Made by a program: the position numbers and the translations under genes
Source of the DNA: Eledone cirrhosa
Taxonomy: Eukaryota
Assembly (NCBI GenBank): GCA_964016885.1
Contig: OZ024743.1
Span: 59,024,001 to 59,088,000, forward strand
Reading direction: 5' to 3'
Length of the DNA stretch: 64,000 nt
Notes under the pieces: model-generated
Told to the model about the DNA's origin: nothing
The model's database searches: none
Seen by the model: only the letters and a program-made list of their open reading frames with translations
Part shown: piece by piece, positions 12,722 through 25,500 of the stretch
Layout of the letters: every line of letters starts with the position of its first letter
How positions within the stretch are numbered: position 1 is the first letter of the stretch

Positions 12722-13650
12722 GTGATGGATGCCCCCTCGTTATCGAGTATGGCCATTGCACGAGAAAAAAAAGAAATATATATATTAATAACATTAATAA
12801 TAATAATAATAATAACAACAATAATAATAACGACGACAACAACAACAATAATAATATACATATAAATATATACACACACACGCACACACATAAACATATC
12901 TATACTCACACACGATAGCAAATAACAGCGTTGCGATCGAATGTGGCTTTTTAGCCCAGCCAATGATCTAAAATGTCTTGCACAGAGTCGGCAACCAAAA
13001 CATTCACTGGGAATAGCCGGCTGTGCTTGGAGTTTATGTCGTTTGTGACCTCCTGCTGATTTACATTCTCTACCACATGCTTGGCAAGCATGATGAGTAG
13101 CATCTCCAATAGCAGCCTGGTATTCAACCACTGGTCATACTTTATGACTGCGAAGATGACTTTCGAGTCCAGCTTTGCTTAAGCAGAGTCTCGCACAGAC
13201 GCTGCATGTCAGCACCGTAGGAGGACCCTCTCCGTCTGGAAGTGCAACAGCAATGCCCTTCCTCACATCCCGCTTTACTTTCTCGTATGCGATTCGAGAT
13301 GCCTCAAAGGCAACTTTTCCCTCATATACAGTCTTTCTCCATTTATTACGATCAGCAGCAATATTTTCCCATGTATCAGCAGAGATGTTAGCTTCTTTCA
13401 AAGAGGCTTTCAAGGAATCCTTATACCTCTTTTTTGGATTATGTGGCGGTCGTTTTCCTTTAACTAACTCTCCATAAAAGAGTTGTTTTGGTATTCTAAA
13501 ATCCTTCATCCTGGCAAGGTGACAACTCCAACCGAGTCGTTGCTTAAGCACAAGAGCTTCTATACTGTCCCACATAGAGCTTTCCAAAATCTCCATAACC
13601 CTGATGTGGTCCCTCCAGTGAACGACATGGACCCGTCTGAGACACCTCTG
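12722..13650 (-). mobile_element. 5'-truncated RTE-clade LINE with tandem C-terminal C2H2 zinc fingers
   Basis: HLARMKDFRIPKQLFYGELVKGKRP...KRYKD...AADRNKWR, then three C-x2-C...H-x3-H type fingers; 3' stem-loop ctcg-ataa-cgag. Confidence 0.88.
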
Positions 13651-13772
13651 ATGGCCATACTTGATAACGAGGGGGCGGCCATCATGTATGTATATATGTA
13701 TGTATGTATATATGTATGTATATATGTATGTATATATGTATGTATATCATAAGTATGTATGTATGTATGTAT

Positions 13773-14378
13773 GACAAGTCACCAGTTGGTGCTAGTGGTA
13801 ACATGTATCCCAGTACAATCTGTCTCATGGTCGGGTCGTTGGCGACTAAACTGGCAACCCCACCAATATTTCTTGGTGAAGAGGGTGACTTTGGACATCC
13901 TTCAGGACTAAAAACAAAACCTGCCAAAGGCCAAAGGAGCTCTTAAGAGTCAATAGCCGTCCAAAATCACCGGGAGAGAGGACCCCTTAGCCTTTGTCAA
14001 GGCAGAATTCTAGGAGAAGGAAAATTCTATATAACACCTGCTACCCTGATGGTATCCAATGATATTGACTTGTTCTTTTTGGTAAATATCATCTTGGTTA
14101 AGAGAGTGGGACTGGCTTTGTGCAGTGCCTTTGCTCACTATAAAAACTTCACGGCACAGACATCGCTTTATATCTGGAGATCTCTCTGCTCTTGTCATCA
14201 CATGGTACCATGGGCCCAGCACTATGTGTCAATAATTGTCACAGCTGTAGTGTTTGTACCAGAGTTTTCAACACGCTGGCTGGACTAAACAGTCACACTC
14301 GTTCAGCGCATCGGTAGGTGTTCGCCTACATGGATATAAAGTAGTGGCCGTACTCGAAAACGAGTTGGCAGCCACCAT
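13773..14378 (+). mobile_element. Non-autonomous RTE-derived element, copy 2
   Basis: Aligned by eye to 2595-3203. Confidence 0.85.
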
Positions 14379-14561
14379 GTATATATATATATATGTGTAT
14401 ATATATATATATATGTATATATATATGTATATATATATATGTATATATATGTATATATATATGTATATATATATATATGTATATATATATATGTATATGT
14501 ATATATGTATATATATATGTATATGTATATATGTATATATATATGTGTATATGTATATATG

Positions 14562-14596
<35 letters not shown>

Positions 14597-14605
14597 GTAT
14601 ATATG

Positions 14606-14638
<33 letters not shown>

Positions 14639-14832
14639 GTATATATGTATATATATATATATGTATATGTATATATGTACATATATATATATATGTATAT
14701 ATATATATGTATATATATATATATGTATATATATATGTATTTATATATGTATATATACATATATATGTATATATATATTTATATATATATGTACATATAT
14801 ATGTATATATATATGTATATATATATATTTAT
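14379..14832. repeat. Long compound (TA)n/(TATG)n microsatellite
   Basis: Direct reading. Confidence 0.95.
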
Positions 14833-15428
14833 GTCAGGTCACCAGTTGGTGCTACTGGTAACTTGTATCCCAGTACAACCTGTCCCATGGCGACTAAACT
14901 GGCAACCCCACGAAGGTTTCCTGGTGAGGAGGGTGACTTTGAACATCCTGCTGGACAAAAACAAAACCTGTTAAAGGGCAAAAGGAGCTCTTAAGCGTCA
15001 ATGGCCATCCAATATCACCGGGAGAGATGACCCCTTAGCCTTTGTCAAGGCAGAATTCTAGGAGAAGGAAATCTCTGTTATAACACCTGCAACCCTGATG
15101 TTATCCAATGATGTTGACTTGTTCTTCTTTTTGTTAAATATCATCTTGGTTAAGAGAGTGGGACTGGCTTTGTGTAGTGCCTTTGCTCACAATAAAATCT
15201 TCACAGCACAGGCATTGCTTTGTATCTGGAGATGTCTCTGCACTTGTCGTCACATGGTACCATGGGCCCAGCACTATGCTTCAATAATTGTCACAAGTGT
15301 AGTGTTTGTACCAAAGTTTTCAAGTCGCTGGCCGGACTGAAAAGTCACACTCGTTCAGCGCATCGGTAGAGGTTCTCCTACATGGATATAAAGTAGTGGC
15401 CGTACTCGAAAACGCGTTGGCAGCCACC
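14833..15428 (+). mobile_element. Non-autonomous RTE-derived element, copy 3
   Basis: Aligned by eye to 2595-3203; 12-nt deletion in the 5' structured region. Confidence 0.85.
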
Positions 15429-15444
15429 GTGTATGTATGTAAGA

Positions 15445-15810
15445 TTCAACGGCCATCCCAAAGTGTGTACATATATATATACACAAATACCGCGTGGTTA
15501 AACCACTGGGAGTGAAGGACCTCTAGCCTTTGTCAGGGCATTCTTCTAGGAGAAGCAACTCAGGAAACTGGGATAACTCCGATATTAAACATGCGGCTCA
15601 GTAGTTACCGATGATGATGATCTTTTCTTCTTTTCGAGTTATAGCTACTGTCGCTCAGAGATTGGGATTGGCTCAGTGCACAGTCTGTCTTCACTTTAAA
15701 AAATATCTTCACGCACAGCCATTGCACGATGGAATTAATTAATAATTATTAATAATGATATATCGTGCAATGGCCATACACGATAACGAGGGTGCAGCCA
15801 TCATCCTCAT
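15445..15810 (+). mobile_element. Diverged relative of the RTE-derived non-autonomous element
   Basis: tagcctttgtcagggc...ctaggagaagc and terminal ggccatacacgataacgaggg. Confidence 0.65.
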
Positions 15811-15964
15811 GTATGTATGTATGTGTACGTGAAATGAATCAACGAATAATAAAAAAAAAAACACACCTAGATGGTGAGGGTAGAAAAAAATCAATTTTCT
15901 GTGCTAAATTATGTTTTACAAATTACATGGAAGTTGGTGAAGATAAATGAAAGGTAGAACTTAC

Positions 15965-16048
15965 CTCAGATGAAGACGTAGGAATTTGGTAGGCGAACAA
16001 TATTAGCAGAGCTGCGAGATTCATTCCGGTTGTCACTTGCCACTTCAT
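15965..16048 (-). CDS. Astacin-family metalloprotease, coding exon 1 (signal peptide)
   Basis: acaaccATG context; MKWQVTTGMNLAALLILFAYQIPTSSSE with hydrophobic core; GAG/gtaagt donor, phase 0 matching exon at 4758; linkage across an 11-kb intron is inferred. Confidence 0.72.
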
Positions 16049-16090
16049 GGTTGTAGCGATAATGGTGTGGTTTTCAGTAACATTTGCTAC

Positions 16091-16097
16091 TTATATA
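16091..16097 (-). promoter_or_regulatory. Candidate TATA box of the astacin gene
   Basis: TATATAA on minus strand about 45 nt upstream of the ATG. Confidence 0.5.
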
Positions 16098-16145
16098 GAT
16101 AGAGGGACAGAGATAGACCAGTATATCGTCATGCCATTGGCTCCC

Positions 16146-16207
<62 letters not shown>
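16146..16207. repeat. (GATA)n microsatellite
   Basis: About 15 units. Confidence 0.95.
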
Positions 16208-16997
16208 GAATTGATATGGGGGAGACAGAGAGGAGAGCTGAAGAGATATAAGGATAGAGAATTAGCTGGTACATTTGCCATTGATCTGCAGAAATATACA
16301 TAGACATATTCCCTCTGTCGACGTACATATACGCAAGCAGACGGGTACGTCAAACACACATATAATCACGCATATATGTGTGTGTTTGACTTATATATAT
16401 ATAATTATATATTTATAATAAGAGAGATAATTCATGAACTTTCATTGGCCCTTGACTGATCCTCTTTCTAAACATTGACACTAAGTCTTCCTCGGCTCTC
16501 TATTTCTAAAATGATTTGTATTCAATCAGATTTCGCAGGGGTCAATTAACGTTGACTTTAGAATCTGAGTCAAAAGAAAATAACGTTTACTTATTTTATA
16601 ATCGGATTAAAAACATCCTAGAGGAATTAATGTTGGATTGAGCAGTTAACTTCTTGGAAAACATTTCATTTAATAAAAATTCATAAAATTGATGACTACT
16701 GAAATATTTCCGTCATTACCTTAATCTTGTTTATAAGTTCATCACAATTCAAGGTCAAATTATTATTATTATTATTATTATTATTAGTGGCGACCTACGT
16801 AGTAAATCGTATCATCGTGAGCTCCGCAAAGGTTTGTTATTTCCGTCTGTTAAAAATTGTCATTTATGGAAAATTTTATTGTTAACTGTTTATAAGCGCA
16901 CATACATTGTTTTCCGAAAAGGACACCCAAAAAGATTGGGGCTTTGTGCCCAAAATTTAAACTTTTATTATTATCAACAAATTTCTTTGAAAAAAAA

Positions 16998-18788
16998 ATG
17001 GCTAATTCACCTCTGCACCAAACAGCTGAAAGCCTTCCTCACAAATTAACACCTCACACCGACACCACCATTGTAAATGTTACTACGTTTGCCAACACAA
17101 AAAAAAAAAATATAAGCAGTAGCAATATTTTAAATTTGTCTCAGGCAGACATTCATTTCCCGCCATTACCAATGACTGCAGGTGTTAAAGCCTCCACCAC
17201 CACCACCACCGCGACAACCACCACCCCCACCACCACCGCGACAACAGAAACAAAAGAAGAAAAAAATAAATTAACTCGTGATGTCGAAATGAAATCAAGC
17301 AAAATGGACTCTTCCGCACCAAAGACGACTGACGTCACCACCACCACAACTGAAACTAAAATTAAGATTAACACAAATAACGATAGCAACAACAACAACA
17401 ATGACATTATAAAACCGACCCTTAGTTTCGCCATCGTAGCAAAACAATTCGAAGCGTTCACGGTAACTCAAGAGGATTTAGAAAATGCCAAACAAATGGT
17501 AAAGAAAGATGGGTACAGGGTCAGCCTCACCCCCCACCTAATAAAATGGAGCATCGGCGCCTATGCACCGTGTCGTATAGAACAATAAATGTAAAATCGC
17601 GTAAGATCAGGGTGACCCACGTGCCGCCGGCCATCGAAATTCCATGGCTAATAGCGGCTGTCCTCGCCGGGATCGAAGCCAACACGAAAATAATAGCAAT
17701 AGCAAAAGAAAAGCAGGAAAACTGGTCCGGATCTGGGATGGAGCTCCTAATCCAAGCGGACCAAAAAAGCATTGAGGAGATCCCAGAGGTAATAGACCTC
17801 ACTGACGGCAGCCACCTCACGGTAATTGTCGAGGGCAGAAGACCTAGGTGTGTCGTTTGTGGTGAAGGAACCCACCTAAGGGCTTTCTGCCCTCAGGCTA
17901 AAAGGTTGAGGCCACCTCTCCTACCCAACCCAGTGACACAACCATCAACACCACCAGTAGCAGAGATGGCAGCAACAACTGTAGCAGCAACAACAGAAGC
18001 AACTATAACAGCAATAACCCCAGCAACAGTAGCAAAACCAACACCAATACCACCACCAGCAAAACCAACACCACCACCACCCAACGCTTCAGAACTAGCA
18101 CCAGCGCCTACACCATCCACCACACCAGAACCAAAACTAACGGCTGTGGAGGACTTTCCACTCCCCGGCCTATCACAACTGGAGATAGATTGTGACGACG
18201 AGGAGTGGGAACGATATCCGGAAAAAAAAAGAAACCAAAAAAGAAAAAAATTCTCTTCCTTCCCCCTCCAAAAACAAAATACAGAGGGAAACAAATAAAC
18301 TAAGAAACAAAAAAGTTAGGACAGATATGCCACCATCCACACCAGCATCACCAACCCCATCAACCCAAACACCAACACCATCACCATCATTAACTCCAAC
18401 ACCACCATCACCTACACCACAAAAGTCACCAAAATGCGAAACAGAAACAAACCCACAACAAACGCAAACAAAACAAGACAACCAAAACGATACACACTAC
18501 ACAGCATTAAATTTGAACAACAAGCAATTATTACACTACATCCAACACAACACCAGCATCACAGAAAAAGACTACACAACAACCCCAAAATTCACACCAC
18601 CTCCACACATACAAATCACTCGCATCACACAGAAAACGTACAAGACACTAAAACAAAAATTCCCCAAAGACATCGGAGACTTCCGACAAGCACTCTCCAG
18701 GAGGATTTATAAGGACATCCTTCCTGAGGAGGCCACAAGCAGTGAAAAGGATGGAAAAACCGTCCTTCCCCTACGAGAAATAAGGTAA
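16998..18788 (+). pseudogene. LINE ORF1 (frameshifted twice)
   Basis: ORFs 16944-17588, 17546-18298, 18192-18788; CVVCGEGTHLRAFC zinc knuckle; Pro/Thr-rich linkers. Confidence 0.85.
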
Positions 18789-18822
18789 GTGGTCTTTCCC
18801 ATATTTTCCACTCCTTTTCAAC

Positions 18823-21800
18823 ATGACCTCACTCAGAATAGGCAGCATAAATGCGCGTGGCTTGGGGTCGTCATGGAAGCAGGGCCACCTGCTCAACGAC
18901 CCCAGGTCACTAAACATAGATGTAGTGGCCATCAGCGAGACCAGAATCTCCGAAGCACAGGCTTTCGCAGCGATCTTCGGCGGCTACGATGTCTCCCAGC
19001 CGTCCGGGATCGGGGGGGGGGGGGGAGGAGTTGCTGTGCTTTTTCGGAGAGGTTTGGATCTTGCCATACGGGCCATCTTCCTGGACCCAGAAGGTAAGTT
19101 GGTGGTGCTGGACGTGACCAGCGGAGACGGGCATGCTTTCAGGTTAGTGGCCGTCTATGCCCTGACAGGAGCAGGGCGGCCTGATTTCTTCCGGCGTCTG
19201 GAGACCTTTCTTGGAATGTCCCGCTCTTTAGTGTTAGTGGGTGACTGGAACGGGATCTTAGATGCACGCTGGGATTGTGTGCGATTAGTGGATAGGGAAG
19301 GAGGGTGCAAGAGTCTCACCAACCTGCTCAGACGTTTTGAACTGTCTGACAGGTACCGAATGGATTTCCCGAATTTACCAATGTGGACTTGGACAAATCG
19401 CATAGGGTCATCCAGATCATATCTAGATAGAGTATTTTGTAGGGAAATAGATAGGTCTAGCTTAGGCTGTCCACAATTCAAGATAGTCAGCTACACGGAC
19501 CACAAATTCGTGATCTGTGTACTTGACTTAGATAGGCTTCATAGACGAGGACCCGGCTACTGGAAGCTAAACGCGTCCTTACCAGCGCGCAAGGCCTACA
19601 GAGACCGTATTAGCGAACTAGTTAAGCGGGCGTTGACGGGGGCCATCGTCAACAACAAGTGGTGGTATGCTCTGAAAAGAGCAATTAGAATAGAGTCCAT
19701 TAGGTTTAGTAAGACTTTAGCAATAGAGAAAAATAGAGCAGAGGGAGAATTAGTTAGAAAATTAGATGAGGCGCTTAGCAAAGGCATCGCGACCGACGTA
19801 CTTGCGGCGAAATTGGCCCTTGACCAATTCTTCAATGCAAAGCACGAAGGCTGCGTTGTCAGAGCTAGGGTGCGTGCTCTCAGACACGAGGGGACGAAAG
19901 CCGTTCAATGGGCCCGAGTGGCGGAGGCGCGTCGTGGCAACAAAGCCACGATCCGGTCTTTGGTGGACCACGACGGGCGCATGCTACTCGATCCCGGGCA
20001 AATGTGTGAAGCTTTTCAGCGACACTTCGCTCAACTGTTCGGGGGCAGTGGCTGGACGAGATCGAGGGATGGACTTTAGTGTCTACCTCGACGGACTGCC
20101 GCGGCTTTCGGCCACTGAGGCGGAGTGTTGCGAAAAGCCGATAACAACCGCTGAAGTACGGGATGCAATGACTAGTTGCACAAGGGGTAAATCGCCTGCT
20201 TTGGATTATCTGCCCTATGAACTTTACGTACAAATGCCAAACTTGTTCGGAGGCCTCTTGGCGGACGTCTACTGCAACTGGCAACAGAACGGAAGAATTC
20301 CCAGCTCTGTGAGCCGAGGAGCTGTGGCGCTGCTGAGAAAGGATCCGAACAAGGGGGTTAACATAGATACTTTTAGGCCCATAACTCTGCTAAACACAGA
20401 CTTCAAGATTTTGGCCAAGGTGCTAGCAAAGAGGTTGGCGCTTGTCGTTGGTGGTCTGGTGGGAGAGGCACAGACATGCGCCATTCCCGACAGATCCATC
20501 CACGACAACCTCCACCTCATGCGATACATCGTAGAGAGGGTAGCTAGGGAACCTGGCACGGGTGGGTCTTTGATCAATTTAGATCAGTCGAAAGCCTTCG
20601 ATAGGGTCGACCATCGTTACCTAGCGGCAGTCCTGAGGGCGGCTGACTTTGGGCCCGTCTTCAGAGGCTGGATCGCTGCCATGCACAGCGACATCTGCTC
20701 TGTAGTGAGAGTGAACGGTCACCTTTCGGAACCGTTCAACATCATCCGCTCGGTCCGCCAAGGATGTCCCCTCTCGTCCCTATTGTACGTATTGACTCTC
20801 GAGCCATTACTGCACAAGCTGGAGACGTTGAGGGGGGTCCCGCGCGATCTAGGATGCGGAAGATCCGTGTCAGCATATGCCGACGATGTCACCGTAGTGG
20901 TGTCGAACGCCAAACACATCGAGGCGATCGGCACTACACTAAGAGAATACGAAGCGGTGACAGGAGCAATGATCAACCAGGAAAAGTCAGTGGGCCTGCA
21001 GCTCGGCACCTGGAGAGGCAGGTCCATGCCGTCCAACAGCGTCGTCGGGCGCTGGACGGACGGACCGGTTAAATTGCTAGGGGTCTGATTCGGTCCAGAC
21101 CTCCAGACGGACAAAAACTGGGACGAGGTGACGAGCAGGGTGGCTTCTCTCACCCAGAAATGGGCCGAGATGAAGCTATCCCTGAAAGGTCGAGCGGAGG
21201 TGGCGAATGCGTACATCGCATCCGTCATCTACTACCGCCTGACCGTCGTACCTTGTCCTAAGCCCCGCCTGACTGCGCTGGAGCGTTTGCTCTTTCGCTT
21301 CTTGTGGAAGGGACGCGCTCCGATGGTCAGGCGGCTCATCTGCTGTCAACACCCGCTACGTTGAGGGCTGGACATGCCGTGGCTGATGATGCGCAGACAC
21401 GCGCTCAGGCTACAACATCTCCACCTCTTCCTCGACGGTGATCAGGTGTGGTCGCCGTTTGCTAGACACGTTTTTCCCCAGCTCGTCTCCTTAACGGAGC
21501 TGCAGTCCTGGGTCAAGCGAAGACCGAGAGGGAGCGCTTGGAGACTGGAATGTCTTCAGGCGCTCACAGCCCTCGACCAATCGGGCAATGTGATCGGTGG
21601 AAACTCCACCTTGGCGTTCTATAGGGGATTAGTGGAGGGGAAGAGCGACGACGTACTTGGAGAAACTCTAGGCGTCGACGAAAATCAACTAGCCAATCTC
21701 TTCGGAAGGACTTTCGGGCCGGGGCCTATGGACAACTTCCAGAAATCCCTGGCCTGGCAGTGCTACCGAGGAGCTTTGCCAGTTCGGGATAAACTCTACA

Positions 21801-22243
21801 GGCATGGAGGTGCCGTCAGCCGGGCATGTCCGAGATGCGCGCAGGGCGACGAAACCGTCCTGCACGCACTCGTCCAGTGTCCGAGCATTGCTGACTTGTG
21901 GGTTTATGTCGAACACCTGCTGTCACGTGTAGGACGGATCCAGCTATCAGCTGAGTCCATCGTGAGGATTGCCCCGCCCCCTTCCTTTAGCCGGGAAGGG
22001 CAGGCAGTTTTTATCTGTCTGGTGGCCATGACGAAAAAGATAGTATGGTGGACACGTTTGAAAGGGCTGAAGACGAGCACTTACCTCTTCGGTGATGCCC
22101 TGATTAACTTTTTCAAATTTCATTTGAAAAGGAAAATCAGGGTAGAGAGGGAAGTGCTCTCTTCCCAGCATTTTGTTGAAAGATGGGTGAGAGAAGCAAG
22201 TATGGCCCGAATGAAAGGGCCTTCTCTGAGCATGTGTCTGTAA
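18823..22243 (+). pseudogene. LINE ORF2 (APE endonuclease, reverse transcriptase, zinc finger), disrupted
   Basis: SINARGL, ISETR, GDWN, YLDRV, TDH; FRPITLLNTDFKILAK, KAFDRV, VRQGCPLS, YADD; CPRC..ETVLHALVQC; one frameshift near 20045 and TGA stops at 21086 and 21362. Confidence 0.93.
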
Positions 22244-22536
22244 ATTAAAGGTGGAAAACTGGTAGAGGGCACTTGCCCTGGTGGTCAGGGCCACTGTGGT
22301 CTTTTAATGGGCTTTCTCCACAAATGTCCCTCCGAAGTCTCCCCCCTATTGGGGAACTTTTCATTGTTATTTTCATTGTTATTTTTGTTACATCCTCTGT
22401 TTTTGTTTTTTACACGCAGAAATGCCCATTTGTACCGTCCTGCATTGTCCTGCACTGTCCTTAATGTCTACTTTATGTAAACCCTTGTGGTTAATAAAGA
22501 AATCATTATTATTATTATTATTATTATTGTTGTTAT

Positions 22537-25500
22537 TCCTTGAATCTCAGTCATTGATGTTGGTTAACTGGAAAGTCCGTTGGATTGAATATCAAGCCAC
22601 TACCTGCAGCCTCAGATATTCAGGACGTATCGGAGGGTTCTTGCTGTTCCAAGCAAGCATGCCTTTTGAAGCGTTCCAAAAAGCGTGAAGGGGCCGATTT
22701 TCTTTAACCATCCCTGGAAACATTTGGAGATAGTCCCCAGTGCGCCTATGACAATCGGGATCACTTTGACTTCATGGCAGTTCCAAATCCTTTTCACCTC
22801 CCACTTTAGGTCCTGGTATCAGTTAATTTTCTCCCTCTCCTTCTCTTGCACTCTCGTGTCGAACGGGCAGGCCACATCCACAATCAGACACGATCTTTTT
22901 TCTTTGTCCACAACCACCAGGTCAGGTCTATTGTGTTCCAGTTTTTTGTCCGTCTGTATCCTAAAATCCCACAGCACCTTCACCTGATTGTTCTCCATCA
23001 CCGCCTCTGGCCTATGCTCATACCATTTCTCAGAATGTGGTAGATTGTTTACTTTGCACAGGTGCCAGTGGATCACCCTGCCCATCACATCGTGTCTCCA
23101 GCCCTTATAGTGTGTCTGGGCTAGGTGTTTACAATCGGACACAATGTGAGCCACAGTCTCCTCTCTCTCTCCACAGATCCTGCACAGTGGGCTGGCCTCC
23201 TCCTTGTAGATATGGTGCTTCAACCACTTCGTTTTGAGGGCCTGCTCCTGCGCAGCCATTAGCATTCCTTCTGTAGCCTTTTTGAGGTCTCCTCTTCTCA
23301 ACCAGTTCCATGTCTGTGGATCTCTAAATTCAGTTTTCTCAAAGAAGGTACTATGAAGGGGTTTTCCCTTAAGGCTGCTCTTCCTCCTTGATGTTATTTC
23401 CTCCCTGGACATCCCCTGGCCTACTGTCCCCTCCTTCAGTACAGCTCTGAGCATTGGCTCCTTACTATAGGTCACGTATTTGTATAGGTTGTTTTTCTCC
23501 ATCTGAACACAGTCCTCTATGCTGATAAGACCTCTTCCACCCTCAGATCTCCTTAGGTAGAGTCTATCGACATCACTCCTCTTGTGGAACATGTTGTAGA
23601 TAGTCAATAGCTTCCTAGTCTTCCTATCCATTTCTTTCTGTTCAGCAACATTCCATCTCAGAATTCCCGCTCTGTACCTAATAATAGACACAGCTCGGGA
23701 ATTTACTGCGCTTATGGCATTTCTGCTGTTCAGATGTGACTTCAATACGCTCCTTACTCTCCGAATGTATTCAGTTCTTAACAATTCCTTCATTTTTTTG
23801 TTCTTTATGCCATCAGCCTCCAGAACGCCCAAATACTTGTATCCTTCCTCAGAGTCAATTTCCTTTATCATCTCACCTGTTGGTATCTGGATCCCGTTAC
23901 TTCTGCTCAACCTACCCCTCTTCATCACAATGACTCCACATTTACCAATACCAAACTGCATACATATATCACTGCTGAAAATACGGACAGTGTCAACAAG
24001 CACATCCAACTCCTTCTCACTTTTCCCGAAGAGCTTAAGATCGTCCACGAAGAGGAGGTGATTGATGGTAAGCTCTCCCCTTCCCAACTTGTATCCTGCT
24101 CTCACTTTTCGCAGCATAATGGTCAAGGGCATCAGGGCAAGGACAAACAACAGAGGGGACAGGCTATCTCCCTGGAAGATACCTATCTTGATCTTCACGC
24201 TTCCCAAGGATACTCCAGTTGATGTCAACTCTGTCTCCCAGGACCCCATACTCCTGCCTAGCAACTGTCTGATGTTATCCGCCACCCTGAAGATCTCCAG
24301 GCTTTTGGTGATCCAGGAATGAGGCACCATGTCAAATGCCTTTCTGTAGTCTATCCATCCCATGGCAAGATCAGTGTGTCTCCTCCTGCAATTCCCCATT
24401 ACCATCTTATCAATAAGCAACTGGTCCTTTGTACCACGTGACTTCTTTCGGCATCCTTTCTGTTCGTCCGGTAACAAGTTGTTTGTGTGGAGGTGATGGT
24501 AGATTTCCTCAGACACAATGCTCGTCAACAGTTTCCACATTACGGGCAGACATGTGATAGGTCTATAGTTGGTAGCATCATTACCCTTGATTCGGTCTTT
24601 CATTATCAGAACTGTGGTACCTTTTGTCAACCACTCTGGCACCCCACCCGACACCAAGCAGTCATTGAACATGGCCGTCAGCTTCGGGTGGAGGGATGTT
24701 AGATGTTTAATCCAATACCCCTGCACACCATCTGGGCCTGGCGATTTCCAGTTGTATAGTTTTTTGGCTTGTCCCTTAAGAGTTTCAACTGTGATACTCA
24801 AATCAGTCTGTTGCTGTGCCTGCTCACCGATCTCCCTCTGTACTGTCTCAATCCACCCTGCCTGGGCATTGTGTCTAACATCCTGCTCCCATATTCCTCT
24901 CCAGAATGTTTTAGTTTGCTCCGCCCCAGGGATCAAGTCGTTGCCTCTTTCTTTGCCCTCAAGCTGTCCAAACAGCATCTTCTGGTTGTTGTCGAACATG
25001 CGGTTCTGTTTATACTGACTGACTCTGTTCTCGTATCGCCTGATTTTTGCACTCTTTGCTACAATGCGTTGCTTCAATTCCTCTATGATAATATTTAGCT
25101 TTTTACTCCTAGTTTTGTATTTTATTTCCAGTCTATTTTTAGTGCCTATGTTTTTTAGTGTCCCATTCAGTAGTGACTCAAGCTTTCCTATGTCATTTCT
25201 CATTTCCCCGATTTGCCCACTCAGTCGCTTCTTCCACCACGGTTCTGCTCTTTCTTGTCTGTTGTTTCCTCTCGCTTTTATACCAAGTAGTTTCCTCACC
25301 GTATTTGCTGTTGCTCTGAGGATATTGTTGCACTGGTGAAGGCTCCTCGCCTCAAGGTATGGGATGACTTTGTTTACCTTAGCTGTTGTTTCTTTTAACT
25401 TTTTCCTGTCTACAAATCTTAGGTTCATAGGTCTCCCACTATCATTGTTCAATTCATCTACCACTAAATTTAGGATGTCAACCGAATCTTGTCCTAGCCC

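Larger units (their letters stand above)
16787..22505 (+). mobile_element. Near-full-length L1/Tx1-clade LINE inserted in (TTA)n
   Basis: 5' UTR, ORF1 with CCHC knuckle, ORF2 APE-RT-CCHC, aataaa at 3' end, (TTA)n on both flanks. Confidence 0.95.

Noticed and set aside
14254-14994. Long YI/CV/HT-repeat ORFs here and throughout the window
   Set aside because: Translations of (TA)n, (TG)n and (TATG)n microsatellites
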